NCBI RefSeq assembly: GCF_009914755.1
Contig: NC_060941.1
Length of the DNA: 64,000 bases
From: the human T2T-CHM13v2.0 reference genome, Homo sapiens
Reading direction: 5' to 3' (one strand)
Shown here: positions 53,295-64,000 of the stretch, in pieces
Position numbering within the stretch: the first letter of the stretch is position 1
Layout of the letters: every line of letters starts with the position of its first letter
Made by a program: the position numbers and the translations under genes
Notes under the pieces: generated by a model
Told to the model about the DNA's origin: nothing
The model's input: the letters and a program-made list of their open reading frames with translations, nothing else
Databases searched by the model: none

Positions 53295-53642
53295 CAGGGG
53301 TCCCAGCCCCCGGGGTTGTGGACCGTGGTACCAGTCCATGGCTTGTTAGGAACTGGGCCGCACAGCAGGAAGAGAGCGGTCAAAGCAAGCAAGACCGCCT
53401 GAGCTCCGCCTCCTGTCAAGTCAGCAGCAGCATTAGATTCTCACAGGAGTGGAGCGCGAACCCTATTGTGAACCACACGTGCAAGGAATCTAGCCTGCGT
53501 GCTCCTTCTGAGAACCTAACTAATGCTGGATGATGGCAAGTGGAACAGTTTCATCCTGAAACCACCCACTGCTAACCCTGTCTGTGGAAAAACTGTCTCC
53601 CACAAAACCAGTTCCTGGTGCCAAAAAGGTTGGGGACCACCG
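53295..53642 (+). mobile_element. MER1B (hAT-Charlie DNA transposon)
   Basis: CAGGGGTCCC... start, ...GGTTGGGGACCAC end, 8-bp TSD GTCTAGAG at 53287-53294 and 53643-53650. Confidence 0.88.
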
Positions 53643-53715
53643 GTCTAGAGTATCAAGGGCCCAATACCAATGTGTTGAACAGATGCTGTTGGCACTGTCT
53701 ACTGTGTTCATCAAC

Positions 53716-53896
53716 ATCCCCAAAGGACACAGCTATGCCCCATGTCATCAGGGGTAGCTCGCCTCTAGGTGGTTATGTCTTCCTGGCCCTCGATGCTATG
53801 GAAGTGATCCCCAAAGGACACAGCTATGCCCCATGTCATCAGGGGTAGCTCACCTCTAGGTGGTTATGTCTCCTGGCCCTCGATGCTATGGAAGTG
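53716..53896. repeat. Tandem duplication of 91 bp of unique sequence (2 copies)
   Basis: 53716-53806 and 53807-53896 differ by one substitution and one 1-bp indel. Confidence 0.95.
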
Positions 53897-55669
53897 ATCA
53901 GGTTCAACTCTGATGGCCATCTTGAGATGTTCTTCCTATTACACTTTATATTGCTGTTCCCAGAAGTCAGGCAAAGGCAAATCACAAAAGATCTCTGCCT
54001 ATACAAAGTATGACTCTAAGGTAATAAGATATGTTTTTAAAAATCACAAATGAGTATTGGTCTAATTAGGATACTTGACAGTGACATCTTACACCGAGGC
54101 TGTGAAATACCCTTTCCCCCAACTCTCAAACCCAGATCTCACTTGAGTGTGAAGGATTAAAAAAAAAAAAAATCCGTAACCCAGCTGTGACACTTCCTTC
54201 CACCTCTACCTGTACATCTGTTTCCTATGGCGTGCTGCCGCCTCAAGTAAGATGGGTGAGGCTTCTGTAGATGCTGGGGAACAAGATGGAACAAAAATGC
54301 TTCACACCTGGCTCCCAAATTACAGGAACGCTGGACCGAGGCCAACATAAGCTGGCACAGCACCAGCTGAAATGGACATCAATTAAGGAGCTTGTCATCT
54401 TTCAAGACTACAGGGTCTTTTTTCACTCCACAGTCTGCACTGCTCCACAAACCAGCCATAGCACCACTAGCAGGGTTTTCCAGATGGGATCATTTCCCTT
54501 AGATTCCACATTTGCAGATTTATTGCAGAACTTTTTAACCCATCCCTCCATTTTTAAAGCCTGAAATATTATTCCACATTACAGTTTTATATTCAATTGA
54601 TTTGTCTATAGCAAAATCTGTACTTTCATGAGCAGAAAAAGAAAGTTTTAAGCCTGCCTACAAGTTGCTGTTTGCTTACAAAAAGACATGCAAATAACTG
54701 AGATTCACGAAGGCTCAGAAATTCTTCTCTGAACACATTGCTCCAACTGGGATCAGAAGTCAGAGAGCCTTCACCAGGCTCCACTGTCCTGGAGAAATGG
54801 TCAGATCTCCAGCACTAAGGCAGGCCTCCTCTGACCATCACATGCAGTGTTAGTGATCCATGTCACATGCACAAAGAAAAAGAAACTCTACTAATGTCTA
54901 GTCAGTGGCAAATGCTGCTTAAGAAAAACATCTTAACACGGATCAGCAATTAAAAAGTGACAAGATTCCACATAGTATCTTCTCTTGACTTTTATCCAAT
55001 GGGGCAGGACATTTTCCCTACACCTATGCGGCTGCCCAGTGGAAAGAATTCCACACAACATGAAAGAGACCCATGGTGAGTATGTTCTGAGAACTGAATT
55101 CCATTGCCTCGGGGGCCTGTCTGCTGCTGCCAATTTGCTTCTCATGGCAGAACCCTGTGTGTCAGAACCCTGACTAGGCTCTGCCGATGGTTGTTTGGAA
55201 AAGAGTCCAGCTGGAGATGAAAGGAGTTCTTCAAAGCAATGACTCCTTGGAGGCTATCACTTTAGAATTGGGAATGATTACTTATCAAAAAACGACTTCA
55301 CTCTGGAATATACTACGGGCAAGAAGCTGGCCTGACCTCTCGGGTATTCTGTTGGAGTCGGCCTGAGCCGGAGAGGCCTTGATGAATTTGGAGTGATGGC
55401 AGGAAGTGAGGAACCCAGTTGAAGGTAAGAGCCCAGAAGCTACATCATAGGCGGGGACAGGAGAAAGAACTGAAAAAAGCTTCAGAAATCTGTCTGGACA
55501 ATTCAGTTTGGCCCACCCCTTATCCCCCTCTTTCATTTTAAATAAACAGCTTCAAAAGGGGTGGTCCTCACAACTTTCTGCTGACTAAGGTCTCAATTTC
55601 CTTATGGTCCTCTACTAAGAGAGCCTGTGAACCCTTCAGCTCTCAGCATTTAATCAGTCAAAACTTAGT

Positions 55670-56775
55670 CTCTAAAGTGAAAAGACAAGCCACAGACTGA
55701 GAGAAAATATCTGCAATGCATTTGTACCTGACAAAGGATTTGCATCCTAAATATATAAAGACCTCTCAAGACTCAGTAAGAAAATAATCCGATTTAACAA
55801 TAGGCAAAAGATGTGAATAGACACTTCACCAAAGAAGATACACAGATGACAAATGAAAATATGAAAAGATGCTCAACATCATTAGCCATTAGAGAAATGC
55901 GAATTAAAATCACAAGGTACCTAGTATAATTATTAAAAAACAAACAAACTGACAGGATCAAGTGCTGATAATGATGCCAGAACAGGAACTGCTCGTGCAA
56001 TACGGTGCAGCCACTTTGTAAAACAGTTTGCTGGTCTCTAGCGAAGTTAAACATACTCTTATCACATAAACCACCCGTTCCACTCCTAAGTATTTATCCA
56101 AGAGAAATGAAAACCTAAGTTCATTTAAGAAACGTAAAGACTGATGCACAAATGTTTACAGCAGTTCTATCCATGACCACCAAAAACTGCAAATAGCCCA
56201 AATGTTCAACTGGTGAATGGATAAACAAATCATAGTGTATGTATACAATGGAATACTACTCTGCAACAAAAAAGAACATATGATTGATATAGGCAACAGC
56301 ATGCATGAATCTCAAATGTATTACGCTATGCGAAAAGAAGCCAGACTCAAGAGCTCTATATCAAGCTTATCCAACCCGTGGCCCACGCAGCCCAACGCAA
56401 ATTTATAAACTTTCTTAAAATACTATGAGATGTTTTTTGAGACTTTTTTTTAAAGCTTATTAGCTATCGTTAGTGTTAGTGTAGTCTATGTGTGGCCCAA
56501 GACAATTCTTCCAATGTGGCCCAGGGAAGCCAAAAGATTGGCACCCCTGCTCTATGTACTGTATGATTTTATTTATACGTCATTCTGGAAAAAGCTAAGT
56601 TACAGAGACAGAAAACATCAGAAGCTGTCAGGGACTGGGGTTGGGAAGGGAGCTGGTTGCATGAGGGAATTTTTGGGGGTGTTGAAAATGGTCTATATCT
56701 TAATTGTAGTGATGGTTACATGAAAGTATGTGTTTCTCAAAACTGTACAACAGAGTGAATTTTAACTTATGCAAA
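55670..56775 (+). mobile_element. L1MB/MC 3' region
   Basis: GATGTGAATAGACACTTCACCAAAGAAGATA, GAGAAATGAAAAC, ATGGAATACTACTC. Confidence 0.8.
56362..56549 (-). mobile_element. MER30 (hAT-Charlie) inside an L1M
   Basis: Reverse-complement MER30 termini; TSD CTCTATAT / CTCTATGT. Confidence 0.88.
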
Positions 56776-56841
56776 CCCGCCCATCTTGGTTGCTAAGAGT
56801 CTCTATGGCACAGGGGTAAACTGGTGGAACGCCACTCCACG

Positions 56842-57648
56842 CGGTGACTGGGGGAACCTGGGGATGCATGTAGAGTGTGACGGTGACTGGGGAACCTGGG
56901 GATGCATGTAGAGTGTGACGGTGACTGGGGGAACCTGGGGATGCATGTAGAGTGTGACGGTGACTGGGGAACCTGGGGATGCATGTAGAGTGTGACGGTG
57001 ACGGGGGAACCTGGGGATGCATCTAGAGTGTGACGGTGACTGGGAAACCTGGGGATGCACGTAGAGTGTGATGGTGACTGGGGGAACCTGGGGATGCATG
57101 TAGAGTGTGACGGTGACTGGGAAACCTGGGGATGCACGTAGAGTGTGCGGTGACGGGGGAACCTGGGGAGGCACGTAGAGTGTGACGGTGACGGGGGAAC
57201 CTGGGGATGCACGTAGAGTGTGACGGTGACTGGGGAACCTGGGGATGCATGTAGAGTGTGACGGTGACTGGGGAAACCTGGGGATGCATGTAGAGTGTGA
57301 CGGTGACTGGGGAACCTGGGGATGCATATAGAGTGTGACGGTGACTGGGGGAACCTGGGGATGCATGTAGAGTGTGACGGTGACTGGGGAACCTGGGGAT
57401 GCATGTAGAGTGTGACGGTGACTGGGAAACCTGAGGATGCACGTAGAGTGTGACGGTGACGGGGGAACCTGGGGATGCACGCAGAGTGTGACGGTGACTG
57501 GGAAACCTGGGGATGCATCTAGAGTGTGACGGTGACTGGGAAACCTGGGGATGCATCTAGAGTGTGACGGTGACTGGGAAACCTGGGGATGCATGTAGAG
57601 TGTGACGGTGACGGGGGGGAATCTGGGGATGCATCTAGAGTGTGACGG
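56842..57648. repeat. Minisatellite/VNTR, about 21 copies of a 38-39 bp unit (CGGTGACTGGGGAACCTGGGGATGCATGTAGAGTGTGA)
   Basis: Units counted directly; the minus-strand ORFs repeat every 38 aa (3 units). Confidence 0.97.
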
Positions 57649-58034
57649 GGCTGAGGGAGGGCCCACTTTCACCTTGAAATTACAGACAACACTATAAAAC
57701 AGACAAAGATTTATGTTGGAAAAAAAGAATTTTATGCCCTTTGTCCTTCAACTTTTTCCTTGTTGTAGAGACAATACAACCTTCTTTAGAGATTACAAAG
57801 GTATGAAATCTCAGCCTGGTATTCCTCCTCCCTTTACATGTCCTGTTTCACTTAGGCAGAGGTCTCTGTTTCTCCAAAAGAGCAAAGTGTATATTCAAGC
57901 TGAAATCAGAGGCCTAGACTAACTAGAGGCCTGCTGGCTGGAAGGGATTAATGTGCACAGAACTTAATAAAAATGAATACTGAAACTATTGTTAATAATA
58001 AACACCTGCTAACCTCTAATTAAAAAGTATAAGG

Positions 58035-58628
<594 letters not shown>

Positions 58629-59378
58629 TGAACCAAGAAATCTGTCATGTTTTCAGTGGGTAAGGGAAAAAACATAAAGTATCCATGTGAAAATAAAGTT
58701 TCTCTTCATGTCATTAACAATAAAATGATGAGGATAGCCACCTCCAAAGATATAGCAGATTAAATGAAAAAGTATGCCTCTTATAATGAGGTTACATGAC
58801 CATAAGGAGCAAGTAGGTTCCATGGAAAAAGATGTGTGTTACAGCAGTACCCAGAAAGCTATGAAAGCAGTGAGCCTGAAGAAGAGAACACATCCCACTC
58901 CTACCATAGTGTCTGATCTCCACGCCTCTGCTTCACAACTTAGTCCTTCTAGCACTTTTTGGGTGCTTCAAGAGAGGAAGGAAATGGTACAGAAACGCAG
59001 CTTGTACATAAAGGGCACAAGCATGTAAGCATATGCACACATACAAATGCAGAGAAAAGGTCTTTTCATTTAAATGGAGGAAGCTGCCATGTCTACCTCT
59101 ATAAGCAAAAGTATTAATCATCCACCGTCTGGTTTTAATCCACACGCTCCTGATCCTGCATTTGAATGTATTGTTATCAGGGGAAGAAGCATTTCTGCTC
59201 AATCTTATTCACCAGCCAAAAACCTGAAAATGTGAAAACCACATTGGTAGGGTACCTTCTTGGGGACCCAGAAAACTGAGCTGAGCTGCTCTTTTACTGT
59301 TTTCTTTACCTTTTTTTTTTTTTTTTTTAAATAATGAACAAATGTCAATTTCAGGGGCACTCAGATTAGATAGAGCTC

Positions 59379-59665
59379 AGGCCGGGTGCCGTGGTTCACG
59401 CCTGTAATCCCAGCACTTCGGGAAGCTGAGGTGGGCAGATCATTTGAGGTCAGGAGTTCGAGACCATCCTGGGCAACATAATGAAACTCTGTCTCTACTA
59501 AAAATACAAAAAAAATTAGCCGGGCGTGGTCAGTGGGTGCCTGTAACCCCAGCTACTCCGGAGGCTGAGGCAGGAGAATCGCTTGAACTCGGGAGGTGGA
59601 GGATGAAGTGAGCTGAGATTGCACCACTGTACTTCACCCTGGGCAACAGAGAGACACTCCTTCTC

Positions 59666-59693
<28 letters not shown>
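59379..59693 (+). mobile_element. AluSx
   Basis: Sense Alu. Confidence 0.9.
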
Positions 59694-59696
<3 letters not shown>

Positions 59697-59914
59697 TTAA
59701 AAGCTCAAACTACAGGTCCTTCTATCTTAGAGTGACACTATCCTCAGGGAAATTAGCATCTTTTCTTCTGTTATTTCCCAAAGAGATCCAGCCACACACA
59801 ACTTGACTAACATCAGCCTGTCAGATGCAAGACTGGGCACCCAGGTGCATCCCTTATGAGCATTTACAAATGAAATGCCAAGCCCAAACAGCAAGCCTTT
59901 CCCTCCTGTCTCTG

Positions 59915-60205
59915 TTTTGTTTTTTTTTGCTTGTTTGTTTTTTGAGACAGGGTCTTGCTGTGTAACCCAGGCTACAGTGCAGTGGCACGATCACTGCTCA
60001 CTGTAGCCTCGACCTTCCAGGCTCAAGCAATCCTCCCACTTCAGCCTCCAAGTAGCTGGGACTACAAGCATGCAACGCCATGCCTGGCTAATTTTTATTT
60101 TTTTGTGGTGACAAGGTCTCACTATGTTGCCCAGACTGGTCTCGAACTTCTGGGCTCGAGCGATCCTCCCGCTTTAGCTTCCCAAAGTGCTGGGATTACA
60201 GGCAT
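59915..60205 (-). mobile_element. AluJ
   Basis: Antisense Alu. Confidence 0.88.
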
Positions 60206-61905
60206 GGTGTCACCGGGTGTGTCTCCATTCTTCTAGTTCATGCTTTGCTAACAGTAAGGGAAGGGTTTAAAAAAGTGTTTGTATGTATCTCAGCATGTTT
60301 CTTCCACTGTTTGTGCTAGAGACCCTCCCTCCTCCTAAGGGTTAACCTAAAAAGGTTCCCAAAGTCCGTATGTGGGCTGAAGTACCTTCTTCAAAGCCAT
60401 TAGTCACCAACCTTGCAGTCTTACTCCAGACTGCACACGGGGCCACCCATGACACAAAAACTCTGGCAAGATTAGGGGCTAGCAAGAGCAGAAGAAACCA
60501 CAATATGCCTGAGACTCCCAGGAGAACAGTGACTAGTGCTGGTAGGGAACAGACTGACAGACAAAGCAGACAGACTCTAACCAGGCCTCGCTCTGTTTTC
60601 GATGCAACACAAATGTTTTCCATTAAAAGTTCCCTGCCCCACAAACACTCATACATGCAGCTATGAACTCCACATACTCAACTTCTGCTTTTCTGGCACA
60701 CTGACCCAACTACCTCTCCTGTTCCTCTGGAAGAGAGCAAAGATGAGGGTAAACAGATTTTGGTACCCCTATCACAAAGGTAAGTGGAAGGGAACCACAA
60801 TTAGAAGCATGCTTACTAAGTACCACCCAACATGAGTATGACTGAGCAGGCCAAAGGGAAGAAGGCAGAAAGCATGGACTTTCCTTTTGCCAAAACCAAT
60901 CCTGTCTAGCTTTGGATCTTACTGTTTGGCTCTCATGCTTTCAGCTTAAAGTTAGGCTTAACTTTGTAGTAAAGTCTGCAAATGATCTTCATCAGGAGGT
61001 GTTGGTCACCAATAAAACCAAAACAGGCAAAAACCTCAGAACACTCATTACAAAGTCTGCAAAATTCTAGTACTAAGCAATCAGGGAATGCTGGCTGATT
61101 TGTAACCTGTATTTCAAATGCTTAGAACCAGCTGGGTATTGCAATGGCGACAAGAAGCTGAATTAGAAATCCCTAAACCATCAGCAAGCTCTCCTCCCAC
61201 CACCAGTAGAACCTGGCCCAGGTGCATTTCTAACCAAAGTCACAGGAGTGGGACACATAAATGTTTGAGTAATTCCTTAAAAGAAAAGAAACCACAAGTA
61301 AGAATTTAAGGGAGTAATAAAAAGGGGTGAACATTGAAAAGAAGGGAAGAAGTTAATTTTTTAAATGGCATGTGAGAAATAAAAAGGAAATCCCCTGTTC
61401 AGGCAGCTCTGGAGTTCCCTAATTGCACAAGAGCAAAGGACACCCCCACGGAACATGTATGCCTTCTGAAGCCATTGCTCAACCTACACTCATTGTGCAA
61501 TTTCAATCTTCCAAAGTTTTTTGCTGCACATATGCAAACCACGTTTTCCTCTGCATTCTAGAATTAAGAACAGTTTATCATTATTCTCTTCACTTTAGAG
61601 AGGGGTGTATGCATGAGCCAAAAAAGAAAAAAAAAAGTATTGCTAGATAAGCATTCACTACAAATGAGGTTTTATATTATTTCATCTGGTTATTTCTGAG
61701 TTTACTGGTAGTTAAGAAACACTTGAATTCACTCTTAGGCAGCTAAAGATTCATTTTTCCTGTCACTGACAATAATGATATCACAAAAAATAGCCCACGA
61801 AAACATCAAACCTTCAAAAGCCTTTGTCCTAAATGATGGCAATTCTAGAGTATTTGAAACAGTTAAAAGTGGAAGTCCCTACTGTGTAGTCAAAATTCCA
61901 CCGGA

Positions 61906-62148
61906 AGGCTAAGCGCCGTGGCTCATGCCTATAATCCCAGCACTTTGGGAGGCTAAGGCAGGTAGATCGCTGGAGATCAGGAGTTGAGACCAGCCTGGGC
62001 AACATGGCGAAACCATGGCTCTACGAAAATTACAAAAATTAGACAGGTGTGGTGGCGTGCACCCATAGTCCCAGCTACTGGGGAGGCTAAGGTGGGAGGA
62101 TCCCTTGGGAAACAGAGCAAGACCCTGTCTCAAAAAAAAAAAAAAAAA
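61906..62148 (+). mobile_element. AluJ with right-arm deletion
   Basis: Sense Alu. Confidence 0.88.
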
Positions 62149-62149
62149 G

Positions 62150-63790
<1,641 letters not shown>

Positions 63791-63819
63791 TTCAATTGTT
63801 TTGAATATCTAAAATTATG

Positions 63820-64000
63820 GGCTGGGTACAGTGGCTCATGCCTGTAATTCCAGCACTTTAGGATGCCAAGGCAGGAGGATCACCTAAACCTAGGAGTTCA
63901 AGGCCAGCCCAGGCAACATAGTGGGACCCCGTTTCCACAAAAAATTTAAAAATTAGCCAGGTGTGATGGCGTGCGCCTATAGTCCCCAGCTACTCAAGGG
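63820..64000 (+). mobile_element. AluJ, cut by the window edge
   Basis: Sense Alu. Confidence 0.88.

Noticed and set aside
56762-57672. Long minus-strand ORFs (241, 289, 177 aa)
   Set aside because: Produced by the stop-poor minisatellite; frames shift with unit length
60775-60790. Perfect + strand donor AAG|GTAAGT
   Set aside because: Isolated motif with no convincing partner acceptor or reading frame

Overview
Human (primate) genomic DNA: a diagnostic AluYb8 right arm is present, and that subfamily is essentially human-specific. It is very Alu-dense (about 80 Alu copies or fragments by eye, roughly a third of the window), with old L1M, L2, MIR, L3/CR1, MaLR and hAT-Charlie (MER1B, MER30, MER5A, MER3) relics. 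I see no canonical protein-coding exon, RNA gene or CpG island, so the window looks like the inside of one large intron. The only protein homology I recognise is a 5'-truncated processed pseudogene of MCUR1 (CCDC90A) on the minus strand at about 30657-31539, with a clear target-site duplication, inserted in the 3' end of an L1MB. From memory, unverified, MCUR1P1 lies in a long intron of the minus-strand NMD gene SMG6 at 17p13.3. The best lead: the retrocopy keeps an uninterrupted 216-codon C-terminal frame, has two phase-0 splice-acceptor-like sites just upstream of it, and has AATAAA on its stop codon, so it is shaped like an alternative terminal exon. Other points: a 21-copy 38-bp G-rich minisatellite, an AluY/AluYb8 mosaic, several Alu recombination or deletion scars, and small TSD-flanked insertions. 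Repeat boundaries and subfamily calls are by eye and approximate.
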